In this document: piece after piece, positions 46,872-55,475 of the stretch
How the letters are laid out: every line of letters begins with the position of its first letter
Position numbering within the stretch: position 1 is the first letter of the stretch
Source of the DNA: Flavobacterium sp.
GTDB lineage: Bacteria; Bacteroidota; Bacteroidia; Flavobacteriales; Flavobacteriaceae
Assembly (NCBI RefSeq): GCF_031537875.1
Contig: NZ_JAVKNB010000011.1
Span: 51,329 to 115,328, forward strand
Direction of reading: 5' to 3'
DNA: 64,000 nt
Position numbers and translations under genes: made by a program
Notes under the pieces: model-generated
Databases searched by the model: none
What the model saw: only the letters and a program-made list of their open reading frames with translations
Told to the model about the DNA's origin: nothing

Positions 46872-48212
46872 ATGAACAGGGTTTTAATTAAGAATGCCAA
46901 AATAGTAAACGAAGGGACAATTTTTGAAGGCGATGTTTTGATTGAGGACGACTTAATTGTTGAAATTGCTGAAAAGATTAGTGCCAAATCAGCCGAATGT
47001 AAAATTATTGATGCCGAGGGAAATTATTTAATTCCTGGAGCAATTGATGATCAAGTGCATTTTAGAGAGCCAGGTCTTACGCATAAAGGTGATATTGAGT
47101 CGGAATCGAGAGCTGCTGTGGCAGGGGGAATTACTTCTTTCATCGAACAGCCAAATACTGTCCCAAATGCGGTGACGCAAGAAATTTTAGAAGAAAAATA
47201 CGAAATTGCTTCCCGAAAATCATTTGCTAATTATTCGTTCATGATGGGAGCAACGAATGATAATTTAGAGGAGGTTTTAAAAACTAATCCAAAAAATGTT
47301 GCAGGAATTAAAATATTTTTAGGCTCTTCTACAGGAAATATGTTAGTGGATAACGAAGCCACTTTAGAACGTATTTTTTCAAGTACTCCAATGTTAATTG
47401 CCGTGCATTGTGAAGATGAAACGACAATTAAAAATAATTTAGCTCAATATAAAGAACAATATGGGGAAGATGTTCCAGTTACGGCACATCACTTAATTCG
47501 AAGTGCAGAGGCGTGTTATCTATCGTCGTCAAAAGCAATTGCTTTGGCAAAAAAAACAGGCGCTCGTTTGCATATTTTCCATTTGTCAACTGCTAAAGAA
47601 ATGGATTTGTTTACCAATAAAATTCCATTGGAGGACAAAAAAATTACAGCTGAAGTTTGCGTGCATCATTTATGGTTTACCAATGAAGATTATGCGACCA
47701 AAGGCAACTTTATTAAATGGAATCCAGCAGTGAAAACAGCGCAGGATAAAGATGCGCTTTGGAAAGCTTTATTAGATGATAGAATTGATGTGATTGCTAC
47801 GGACCACGCACCTCATACCTTAGAAGAAAAACAGCAATCTTATTTGAATGCACCTTCTGGAGGGCCATTGGTTCAACACGCAGTGGTAGCTTTGTTTGAA
47901 GCGTATCATCAAGGAAAAATAAGTATTGAGAAGATTGTAGAGAAAATGTGTCACAATCCGGCTAAAATTTTCAAAATTGAAAAAAGAGGCTTTATCAAAG
48001 AAGGTTATTATGCTGATTTGGTAATTGTTGATGCAAGTTTGCCTTGGGGTGTAAAGAAAGAAAATATTTTATCTAAATGCGGTTGGTCTCCTTTCGAAGG
48101 CTTCACTTTTAAATCAAGAATTACCCATACATTTGTAAACGGACAATTAGTTTATAATGCTTTTAAAGTAAAAGACATTCGCGCAGGAAAACGATTGTTA
48201 TTTAATAGATAA
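46872..48212 (+). CDS. pyrC: Dihydroorotase (amidohydrolase superfamily)
   Basis: Metal-binding DDQVHFREPG, ATDHAPH and cyclic-amidohydrolase blocks. Confidence 0.82.
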   Translation: MNRVLIKNAKIVNEGTIFEGDVLIEDDLIVEIAEKISAKSAECKIIDAEGNYLIPGAIDDQVHFREPGLTHKGDIESESRAAVAGGITSFIEQPNTVPNAVTQEILEEKYEIASRKSFANYSFMMGATNDNLEEVLKTNPKNVAGIKIFLGSSTGNMLVDNEATLERIFSSTPMLIAVHCEDETTIKNNLAQYKEQYGEDVPVTAHHLIRSAEACYLSSSKAIALAKKTGARLHIFHLSTAKEMDLFTNKIPLEDKKITAEVCVHHLWFTNEDYATKGNFIKWNPAVKTAQDKDALWKALLDDRIDVIATDHAPHTLEEKQQSYLNAPSGGPLVQHAVVALFEAYHQGKISIEKIVEKMCHNPAKIFKIEKRGFIKEGYYADLVIVDASLPWGVKKENILSKCGWSPFEGFTFKSRITHTFVNGQLVYNAFKVKDIRAGKRLLFNR

Positions 48213-48217
48213 TAAGG

Positions 48218-48658
48218 ATGAAGAAGATAGTGCCATTTTTAGCGATTTTGACCTTTTGGGGTTGTAAAGAAGATTTGGTTAAAAAGCCAAAACATTTGAT
48301 TGAAAGAGCGCAGATGGTCGATATCATGTATGATTTAACTTTATTAGAAGCAATTAAATATCAAAACCCCGCTGTTTTAGATTCGAATCAAATTAGACCC
48401 AAACAATTTATTTATAAAAAGTATAAAATAGATAGTTTGCAACTGGCACAAAATAATGTCTATTACGCGTCTGATTATAAAGCATATAAAGTGATGATTG
48501 AGGAAGTAGCTAAACGATTAGATACTGATAAGAAAAAAGCTAAAGTCTTAATTAAAGCGGAAGAAAAGAAAACCAAAATCCGACTTGAAAAGCTGAAAAA
48601 GAAAAAACAGCAAGCTGGAAAAGCGAAAGATTCGATACCCTCTACGTCTAAAAAATAA
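48218..48658 (+). CDS. DUF4296-like lipoprotein with a lysine-rich tail
   Basis: Lipobox FWGC. Has the MVDIMYDLTLLEA block and a K-rich C-terminus. Confidence 0.6.
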   Translation: MKKIVPFLAILTFWGCKEDLVKKPKHLIERAQMVDIMYDLTLLEAIKYQNPAVLDSNQIRPKQFIYKKYKIDSLQLAQNNVYYASDYKAYKVMIEEVAKRLDTDKKKAKVLIKAEEKKTKIRLEKLKKKKQQAGKAKDSIPSTSKK

Positions 48659-48662
48659 GAAT

Positions 48663-48696
48663 AAAAAAAGCAGCACCAATTAGTGCTGCTTTTTTT
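48663..48696 (+). terminator. Intrinsic terminator after the DUF4296 gene
   Basis: AGCAGCAC-CAATTA-GTGCTGCT followed by T6. Confidence 0.85.
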
Positions 48697-48741
48697 GAAG
48701 TATAATTTATTAAACAATTTAAAAACGGGATTGTTTTTTTT

Positions 48742-48926
48742 ACCACATAGATGCATAGGTTTTATATACAACCAAAAGAGGTGATAGAAATAATTCTATT
48801 TTTCTCATAGCTATGTGAATAGTGAAACGTCTATCTCTTCTTTCAAATTAATCTAGTCTATGTTTCTATGTGGTTAAATCAAATACACTATTTGACCTCA
48901 TAAAATAATTACAATAGAAGCATAGG
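48742..48926. repeat. Cluster of 3-4 copies of an ~18-bp CTATG-containing element in alternating orientation (REP/BIME-like)
   Basis: A: 48742-48759 ACCACATAGATGCATAGG (-). B: 48805-48820 TCATAGCTATGTGAAT (+, partial). C: 48857-48874 TCTATGTTTCTATGTGGT (+). D: 48911-48926 ACAATAGAAGCATAGG (-). The reverse complement of A matches C at 15/18. Confidence 0.7.
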
Positions 48927-48930
48927 TTTT

Positions 48931-51900
48931 TTATTCTTTTTCTCTTCCAAAACGTTCAAATACACTAATGTACGTATTGAATGCTTTTTTTGATTTGTTA
49001 TAAAATGCTAGATCGCCACTTTCTTTCATGATTTCTAAAAGTCCTCTATAACGCTCAATGTCGGTAATGATTTCAGTTGCAATATCCACTTGCTCTGATG
49101 CCGAAAGTTGGCTGTAATAGTTGAGGTCTTCAGTATATTTGCCAACTAATTGGGTAAGTAATTGTTGTGCTTTTGTTTTTTCGCCCACTTCATAATACCC
49201 TTTTGCAAATGGATCCACTAGAGAATAATAATCAAATTTATCTACTGGCATCTTGGTCATAGCTAAGTCAATCACTTTTTTAGCTTTTTCTTTTTTGCCT
49301 TCTTTGATTAATTGATCCATTAATCGATATAAGTTCATTCGATAGGTAATACTATTTCTACGGGTTTCTGGGTCGTGATAAATGGTATTACTTTCGCTAT
49401 TACCCCAATCCCATTTCATTACTTTGTTGTACATTACATCGGAGTCAATTTGTCCCATATCCATTTGACTACCCTCTTTTTTCATAGCCGTTTTTACAGG
49501 AACTAGTTTATAAACCATTCCTTCTAATTGCATAAAGTCTTTCATCCAGATGTAATCATCATCGTCAAAAGAGCCACCGCTAAAATAGATTGGTCTTTTC
49601 CAATTGTTATTGGCAATTAAATCCAACATCATCAGTCTGTTTTTGTAAATAGCACTTCCTTTGATGTCAATATCAATTGCTGAAACAATAGAATCATTGT
49701 ATTGTGGACTCACCACTTTGTTTTTAATAATGGTGTTTTTGTCGATAGGAATTCTGATTTTATTCGTTGGATAAAAATGAATGGTTTGTCCATTTTGCAT
49801 TTCTACCGTTGACTTAGGATTCTTGATGAAAGCGATAAAATCTTTCACATCCCATCGGGTTTCAATTTTAGGAATATGGGCTACATAATCTAATTTATCA
49901 CCTACATACTCACTGTGTTTAAATGAAATAGGTAGCGGGTCAGATTCGTAGCTTTTCATTTTCATTTGGTCAATGTACCAATCAGTCATGAAAAGACTGG
50001 TGTTGACAATTTTCACATCGGTACGGAACTTTTCAATTTCTTGAGCGTACCAAAGCGGGAAAGTATCGTTGTCACCAATTGTAAATAAGATGGCGTTTTT
50101 ATCGCAAGAACTCAGGTACGATTTAGCCATCGCTACGGCAGTATAACGGTCAGAACGATCGTGATCATCCCAGTTTTGGAATCCCATAAGAACTGGTGCC
50201 GCTAATAAACTTCCTGCAATTAAAACCGGTCCTGCAATTTTTGGAGCCAAATATTTTTTGGTACTTTCATAAAGCGAATAGACGCCAAAACCAATCCAAA
50301 TTGCAAATACATAAAAAGAACCTACTAAAGCATAATCGCGTTCGCGAGGTTCAAAAGGTCGTTCATTTAAGTATATTTTCAATGCGATTCCGGTGAATAA
50401 AAACAAAGAAAGTAATACGTAAAAACTTTTTCGGTCTTTACTAGCGTGGTACATCAATCCTATTAATCCTAAAATAAATGGTAAGAAGAAGTAGGTGTTG
50501 CGTCCTTTGTTATTCAATACATCTGAAGGTAAATTATCTTGGGAACCTAAGTGCAAACTGTCCATAAATGGAATTCCGCTAATCCAGTTTCCGTTCAAAT
50601 TATCGTATCTTCCTTGTACATCATTTTGGCGTCCCACAAAATTCCACATCAAATACCTCCAGTACATGTACCCAAATTGGTACTCAATCATAAAACTGAA
50701 ATTGTCAACAGTAGTTGGTTTTTCAATGATTAAATAATCACCATAGTTTTTCAAGAAAGACACGTAACCATCATTGTCGATTTGTTTTTGAGCGTAGGCT
50801 TGTCTGAATTCGGCAACCACTTTCTCAATTTCTCCTTTCAATTGCGCAATCGCTTTGTTGTATTCTTCTTCGCTTAATTGTTTAGCATCAATGCCGTATT
50901 TGGCCAAATCTTCCTCAAATGGATAATCATAATTGATTTTAAATTCAGGTGGATGAGTGAAGTTGATATAGTTTGTAATATGCTCTGAACTCCATAATCT
51001 TGGCAAAATAGTTTTCTGATTGTCATCGCTATTTTGTTCTGCATTTTTGAAATTATTGGTAATTTCATATTTACCTGTTGTGTAATCTCTTTCGTAGTTT
51101 GGAGCCTTGTCTAAATACGGATTGTTTTTGTCCAATCCTGCAAATGTTTCGGTGTATTGAGGTCCGTAAAAAAGAGGATTGACACCATATTGTTCTCTGT
51201 TATAATACGCAAGAACTTCTGCAGCATCAGAAGGTTTATTTTCGTTAATGACAGTATTGGCGTTGGCACGAATTGGCAACATCATCCAAGTCGAAAATCC
51301 AATTAAAATAAACAACGTGCAAAGGATAATGGTATTGTAAAAAACCAACCCTTTTTGTTTGGTATAACGCAATCCAAAGTAGAAGAAAGCAATCAATAAA
51401 AGAGTGACAAAAATGGTTCCTGAATTAAAAGGCAATCCCATTTCATTAACCATGAAAATTTCGGTTTTACCAAAGAAAGCCATAGTTAATGGCAACAACA
51501 TTTTGAAGATAAACAACAAAATCGAAATCACCACTACATTAGCAATGATGAAATTTTTGACCGTTACGGTTTTGTAATTTTTGAAAAAATATAAAAACCC
51601 AATGGCAGGAATTGTTAGCAAAGCCATGAAGTGAACCCCAAAAGAAAGTCCAATTACTAATGAAATAATCAATAACCATCTGTCACCTCTTGGTGTATTC
51701 ATTTCTTGTTCCCATCGCAATCCTAACCATAAAAGCAACGCAATCAATAAAGAAGCCATAGCATATACTTCGGCTTCTACGGCATTGAACCAAAAACTAT
51801 CTGAAAAAGTATAGGCTAAAGCACCTACTAACGAACTCCCTAAGATAACTATAGAATTGTCTTTGTTAATCTCGTTATACGAACCAATGATTTTTTTCAA

Positions 51901-52212
51901 AATCATACTAGACGACCAAAATAAAAACAAAATAGTAAAGGCACTGGATACCACAGAGGTCATATTAACCATCAAAGCAATATGTTCTTTGTCGATAGCA
52001 AACATGGCGAAAAAAGCTCCAATCATTTGAAATAATGGCGCTCCAGGTGGGTGACCAACTTCTAACTTTGCCGATGTAGCAATGTATTCACCACAGTCCC
52101 AAAAACTCATAGTAGGTTCAACGGTAAGGGTGTAAGTTACTAATGCTACCGCAAATGCAAACCAACCTAAAATGGTGTTCCATTTATTAAAATTGAAATC
52201 GGCCTTATTCAT
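48931..52212 (-). CDS. DUF2723-family (TMEM260-like, GT-C fold) putative protein O-mannosyl/glycosyltransferase with a TPR-like C-terminal domain
   Basis: 1093 aa. The N-terminus has the WDCGEYIATSAKLEVGHPPGAPLF block characteristic of DUF2723. Polytopic N-terminal half and a soluble helical C-terminus. Confidence 0.75.
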   Translation of the reverse strand: MNKADFNFNKWNTILGWFAFAVALVTYTLTVEPTMSFWDCGEYIATSAKLEVGHPPGAPLFQMIGAFFAMFAIDKEHIALMVNMTSVVSSAFTILFLFWSSSMILKKIIGSYNEINKDNSIVILGSSLVGALAYTFSDSFWFNAVEAEVYAMASLLIALLLWLGLRWEQEMNTPRGDRWLLIISLVIGLSFGVHFMALLTIPAIGFLYFFKNYKTVTVKNFIIANVVVISILLFIFKMLLPLTMAFFGKTEIFMVNEMGLPFNSGTIFVTLLLIAFFYFGLRYTKQKGLVFYNTIILCTLFILIGFSTWMMLPIRANANTVINENKPSDAAEVLAYYNREQYGVNPLFYGPQYTETFAGLDKNNPYLDKAPNYERDYTTGKYEITNNFKNAEQNSDDNQKTILPRLWSSEHITNYINFTHPPEFKINYDYPFEEDLAKYGIDAKQLSEEEYNKAIAQLKGEIEKVVAEFRQAYAQKQIDNDGYVSFLKNYGDYLIIEKPTTVDNFSFMIEYQFGYMYWRYLMWNFVGRQNDVQGRYDNLNGNWISGIPFMDSLHLGSQDNLPSDVLNNKGRNTYFFLPFILGLIGLMYHASKDRKSFYVLLSLFLFTGIALKIYLNERPFEPRERDYALVGSFYVFAIWIGFGVYSLYESTKKYLAPKIAGPVLIAGSLLAAPVLMGFQNWDDHDRSDRYTAVAMAKSYLSSCDKNAILFTIGDNDTFPLWYAQEIEKFRTDVKIVNTSLFMTDWYIDQMKMKSYESDPLPISFKHSEYVGDKLDYVAHIPKIETRWDVKDFIAFIKNPKSTVEMQNGQTIHFYPTNKIRIPIDKNTIIKNKVVSPQYNDSIVSAIDIDIKGSAIYKNRLMMLDLIANNNWKRPIYFSGGSFDDDDYIWMKDFMQLEGMVYKLVPVKTAMKKEGSQMDMGQIDSDVMYNKVMKWDWGNSESNTIYHDPETRRNSITYRMNLYRLMDQLIKEGKKEKAKKVIDLAMTKMPVDKFDYYSLVDPFAKGYYEVGEKTKAQQLLTQLVGKYTEDLNYYSQLSASEQVDIATEIITDIERYRGLLEIMKESGDLAFYNKSKKAFNTYISVFERFGREKE

Positions 52213-52387
52213 GTCTAAAATTGGGTTTTTATTTTAAATGCAAAGAAAATGTTTTTTTATGTAATGAGGCGATCATTAACAAAAAATTCTAATATCGTAA
52301 ACCAGTTAGTAATGAATTGGTTTTTAGTTGGTTTCTGATTGCTTTGGGGAATACCCAAAAGTTTTTTGATAAAAACAATCCAAAAGT

Positions 52388-52417
52388 TTGCGCAAAATAA
52401 AATTTGTATTAAATTTG
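52388..52417 (+). promoter_or_regulatory. Promoter of tRNA-Gln (TTG, 19-nt spacer, TAAATTTG)
   Basis: TTG at 52388-52390, 19 nt, then TAAATTTG at 52410-52417. The tRNA starts 21 nt after the box. Confidence 0.6.
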
Positions 52418-52437
52418 CACTCGCTTAACAGCACTGC

Positions 52438-52508
52438 TGGTCTATGGTGTAATGGTAACACAACTGTTTTTGGTGCAGTCTTTCAAGGTTCGAGTCCTTG
52501 TAGACCAA
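52438..52508 (+). tRNA. tRNA-Gln (anticodon UUG)
   Basis: Hand-folded as TGGTCTA/TG/GTGT-AATGGTA-ACAC/A/ACTGT-TTTTGGT-GCAGT/CTTT/CAAGG-TTCGAGT-CCTTG/TAGACCA-A. Has U1:A72 as in bacterial tRNA-Gln. Confidence 0.88.
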
Positions 52509-52511
52509 CAT

Positions 52512-52543
52512 AAAGCCTCTCAATTTTTTGAGAGGCTTTTTTT
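52512..52543 (+). terminator. Intrinsic terminator after tRNA-Gln
   Basis: AAAGCCTCTC-N8-GAGAGGCTTT followed by a T-run. Confidence 0.85.
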
Positions 52544-52572
52544 ATGCAGTAATCCTATTCTTGAAATAAATA

Positions 52573-52992
52573 TTATACTATAGTTTCAACATATTGTTTG
52601 AAGTTATCCAATATGGCTTGCCATCCTGCTTTTTGAAGGTCTAATGAATAATTTTGATTTTCTGGTTCAAAATGTTCCGTAACCAATGTGGTTTGGTCCG
52701 ATTTAGTTTCAAAAAGAACGGTTACTTTACGGGAATCACCTAATTCGATTTGGATTTGTTTTTCTATTTCAATTTGAGTGAATTTTCCCCAAAAATCGAA
52801 TTCGAATGACCCGTCTTTGGCAGCCATAATATGATGAAATTCTCCATTTACTTCTAATACAGATGTTGCTTTTGGGCAATGCCAATCAGGACTAGCAAAA
52901 TTCCATTTCGTGACATGTTCTGGTTTTGTCCAACATTCCCAAACAGTTGCCACGGATGCTGTTATAGTCGTTTGTACGGTTATTAATGACAT
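52573..52992 (-). CDS. SRPBCC-superfamily protein (AHSA1/START-like)
   Basis: 139 aa with an N-terminal I.A....VW......E....W pattern (ITASVATVWECWTKPEHVTKW) typical of Aha1-like SRPBCC proteins. Confidence 0.7.
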   Translation of the reverse strand: MSLITVQTTITASVATVWECWTKPEHVTKWNFASPDWHCPKATSVLEVNGEFHHIMAAKDGSFEFDFWGKFTQIEIEKQIQIELGDSRKVTVLFETKSDQTTLVTEHFEPENQNYSLDLQKAGWQAILDNFKQYVETIV

Positions 52993-53001
52993 AAATTTAT
53001 T

Positions 53002-53997
53002 TTAAGAGTGTGGATTTAGTATTTGATTGCAATATTCTTTCACCGATTTAAAGTCAATATTCAATGCGGTTTTTATTTTAGTGTTGTCATAGTTGCTTTT
53101 TGAATACGAAGCTTTGGCACTAGCACGAGATACTTTTCTTTTTTGAAATAGAAAGGTATTCAAGAACCAATCTATTCTCCAAAATACTTTCATTACAATA
53201 GGTGTAGCATGCCATTGAGGTCTTTTGACCTGTAGGCTGTCAGCAATACAATTTAGTATTTCTTGAAACGAATAATTATTTTCAATCAAGGTAAATCGTT
53301 CGTTTTTGATGTCACTTGCCATTAATTTTACACTCATTTCTACCACGTCGCTAACCGCAACAAACCCTGTAGTACCTAAGGTGTAAAAAGGCATTCCTTT
53401 GGCAACAGCCGAAAATAAAGCGCCACTTCCTTGCTCTTGAAATCCAGGGCCTATTATAATTCCGGGATTGACAATGAGTACGTCTAAGCCTTCTTGTTGA
53501 CCTCGCCAAACTTCCATTTCGGCACCATATTTTGAAATAGCATAGTCACTATGTGGTTTTTCGGGATTCCATTCAGTTGTTTCAGAAATTATAGTTTCGG
53601 CTGCATTTGGATCTCCCAATGCGGCAATCGAACTTACAAATAGCATTTTCTTGATGTTGTAGGCCAAGCAAAAATTAACAATGTTGGCTGTGCCTTCAAT
53701 ATTCGTTTTACGAATGGCATCCTCGTCTTTTGGATCAAAAGAAATTAGCGCGGCACAATGGTAAACGTAATCCACGTTTTGGAAGGCTATTTCTAAAGAG
53801 GGAATGTCAAGAATATCGGCTTCTAGCCATTCAATTTTTTCAAATAAGTTAGATTTATGGTAGATTGAAAATAAATTTTTAGTTTTTTCAATAGAAGTTG
53901 CTGTACGATAAATTGCTCGCACACTTTTGCCATTCTCTACTAAATGGAGTAAGAGATGCGCGCCTACTAAACCAGTTCCTCCTGTAACTAAAATCAT
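53002..53997 (-). CDS. NAD-dependent epimerase/dehydratase-family SDR
   Basis: Rossmann ILVTGGTGLVGAHLL and the extended-SDR catalytic YAISKYGAE (YxxxK). Confidence 0.85.
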   Translation of the reverse strand: MILVTGGTGLVGAHLLLHLVENGKSVRAIYRTATSIEKTKNLFSIYHKSNLFEKIEWLEADILDIPSLEIAFQNVDYVYHCAALISFDPKDEDAIRKTNIEGTANIVNFCLAYNIKKMLFVSSIAALGDPNAAETIISETTEWNPEKPHSDYAISKYGAEMEVWRGQQEGLDVLIVNPGIIIGPGFQEQGSGALFSAVAKGMPFYTLGTTGFVAVSDVVEMSVKLMASDIKNERFTLIENNYSFQEILNCIADSLQVKRPQWHATPIVMKVFWRIDWFLNTFLFQKRKVSRASAKASYSKSNYDNTKIKTALNIDFKSVKEYCNQILNPHS

Positions 53998-54001
53998 GTG
54001 G

Positions 54002-54031
54002 TAAAGATAATTTTTTTGCCACAGATTACAA
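54002..54031 (-). promoter_or_regulatory. Promoter of the SDR gene (TTG, 19-nt spacer, TATCTTTA) only 4 nt from the ATG
   Basis: On the - strand: TTG at 54031-54029, a 19-nt spacer (taatctgtggcaaaaaaat), TATCTTTA at 54009-54002, then CCAC and ATG at 53997. This implies a leaderless or near-leaderless mRNA. Confidence 0.5.
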
Positions 54032-54047
54032 GGATTAAACGGATTTG
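54011..54047 (-). repeat. 9-bp-periodic element AATCCGTTT/AATCCTTGT/AATCTGTGG + CA7
   Basis: Read on the - strand: caaatccgtttaatccttgtaatctgtggcaaaaaaa. It overlaps the -33 element and spacer of the SDR promoter. Confidence 0.7.
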
Positions 54048-54077
54048 AATTTTGATTTTTGCTATTGAAATTGATTT

Positions 54078-54107
54078 TTGCAATTGCTGTTGAAATGGCT
54101 ATCTTTG
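54078..54107 (+). promoter_or_regulatory. Promoter of tyrS (TTG, 19-nt spacer, TATCTTTG)
   Basis: TTG at 54078-54080, 19 nt, then TATCTTTG at 54100-54107. The ATG follows 18 nt later. Confidence 0.6.
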
Positions 54108-54125
54108 CGCAAATTGATTATCAAA

Positions 54126-55421
54126 ATGAAAAATTTAGTAGAAGAATTACAATGGCGTGGCTTGGTTCATGACATCATGCCGGGAACCGAAGAACAACTT
54201 TTAAAGGAAATGACAACGACCTATATTGGATTTGACCCCACTTCTGACTCGTTGCACATTGGGAGTTTGGTGCCAATTTTGTTGCTAGTTCATTTGAAAA
54301 ATTTTGGACATAAACCGATTGCCTTGGTAGGTGGCGCAACGGGAATGATTGGAGATCCATCAGGAAAATCAGATGAGAGAAATTTGCTAGACGAAGCGAC
54401 TTTAGCTCATAATGTAGAAGGAATTAAGGCGGTACTTTCTCGTTTCTTAGATTTTAATTCTAAAGATGTCAACGCACCCGTTTTAGTGAACAACTACGAT
54501 TGGATGAAAGATTTGTCATTTATCAATTTTGCTCGTGATGTGGGTAAACGAATCACAGTTAACTATATGATGGCGAAAGATTCGGTAAAGAAACGATTGT
54601 CTGGCGAAGGCGAAGGAATGTCGTTTACGGAGTTCACGTACCAATTAATTCAAGGATACGATTTTTATCATTTGCATAAAGAATACAACTGTTTGTTGCA
54701 AATGGGAGGTTCTGATCAATGGGGAAATATAACTACGGGAACTGAATTAGTTCGAAGAATGAATGCCGAAGGCGCCAAAGCCTACGCCATGACTTGTCCT
54801 TTGATTACAAAAGCTGACGGGTCTAAATTTGGAAAATCTGAAGGTGGGAATGTGTGGTTAACGGCTGATAAAACATCGGTATATAAATTTTACCAATTTT
54901 GGTTGAACACTACCGATGTAGATGCAGAAAAATACATTAAGATTTTTACTTTTTTAGATAAAACAACGATTGACGCTTTAATTGTTGAACATCAAGTAGC
55001 ACCACATTTAAGAGTTTTGCAAAGAAAATTAGCGGAAGAAGTAACTACTTTGGTTCACTCTAAAGAAGAATTAGAGAAAGCGATTAAGGCTTCGAACATT
55101 CTTTTTGGGAATGCTTCGGCTGAGGATTTGAAGCAATTAGATGAAGCGACTTTCTTAGAAGTTTTTGATGGAGTTCCTCAAGCTGAAATTGCTAAAAATG
55201 AAATTGAAACAGGATTGGATATTGTAACGGTTTTGAATGAAAAAACAGGTTTCTTTAAATCTAACGGTGAGGCGAGAAGAGCTTTAACAGCGAATTCAAT
55301 TTCGGTAAACAAAGAAAAAATAACAGAGGAATACCAACTTTCAACCAACGATTTAATCAATAATCAATTTGTGCTTTTGCAAAGTGGAAAGAAAAATTAT
55401 TTTATTGTAAGAGTGAAGTAA
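54126..55421 (+). CDS. tyrS: Tyrosine--tRNA ligase
   Basis: Has HIGS (SLHIGSL), KFGKS and a C-terminal S4 domain. Start moved to ATG 54126 ([13 protein letters not shown]), because the track TTG start lies inside the promoter. Confidence 0.93.
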   Translation: MKNLVEELQWRGLVHDIMPGTEEQLLKEMTTTYIGFDPTSDSLHIGSLVPILLLVHLKNFGHKPIALVGGATGMIGDPSGKSDERNLLDEATLAHNVEGIKAVLSRFLDFNSKDVNAPVLVNNYDWMKDLSFINFARDVGKRITVNYMMAKDSVKKRLSGEGEGMSFTEFTYQLIQGYDFYHLHKEYNCLLQMGGSDQWGNITTGTELVRRMNAEGAKAYAMTCPLITKADGSKFGKSEGGNVWLTADKTSVYKFYQFWLNTTDVDAEKYIKIFTFLDKTTIDALIVEHQVAPHLRVLQRKLAEEVTTLVHSKEELEKAIKASNILFGNASAEDLKQLDEATFLEVFDGVPQAEIAKNEIETGLDIVTVLNEKTGFFKSNGEARRALTANSISVNKEKITEEYQLSTNDLINNQFVLLQSGKKNYFIVRVK

Positions 55422-55441
55422 TTTTCAGTTTCAATAAAAAC

Positions 55442-55475
55442 AAAAATCCTAATTAGTTATCTAATTAGGATTTTT
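55442..55475. terminator. Bidirectional terminator shared by convergent tyrS and dgt (overlaps the dgt stop codon)
   Basis: AAAAATCCTAATTAG-TTAT-CTAATTAGGATTTTT perfect 15-bp arms. Confidence 0.85.

Noticed and set aside
52353-52380. A terminator-like hairpin, TTTGGG-GAATA-CCCAAA(A)G plus T6, on the plus strand upstream of the tRNA-Gln promoter. This could hint at an sRNA between 52213 and 52380.
   Set aside because: I could find no upstream plus-strand gene or convincing promoter (TTG-N19-TAnnTTTG). The stem is short with a bulge. It cannot be supported without expression data.
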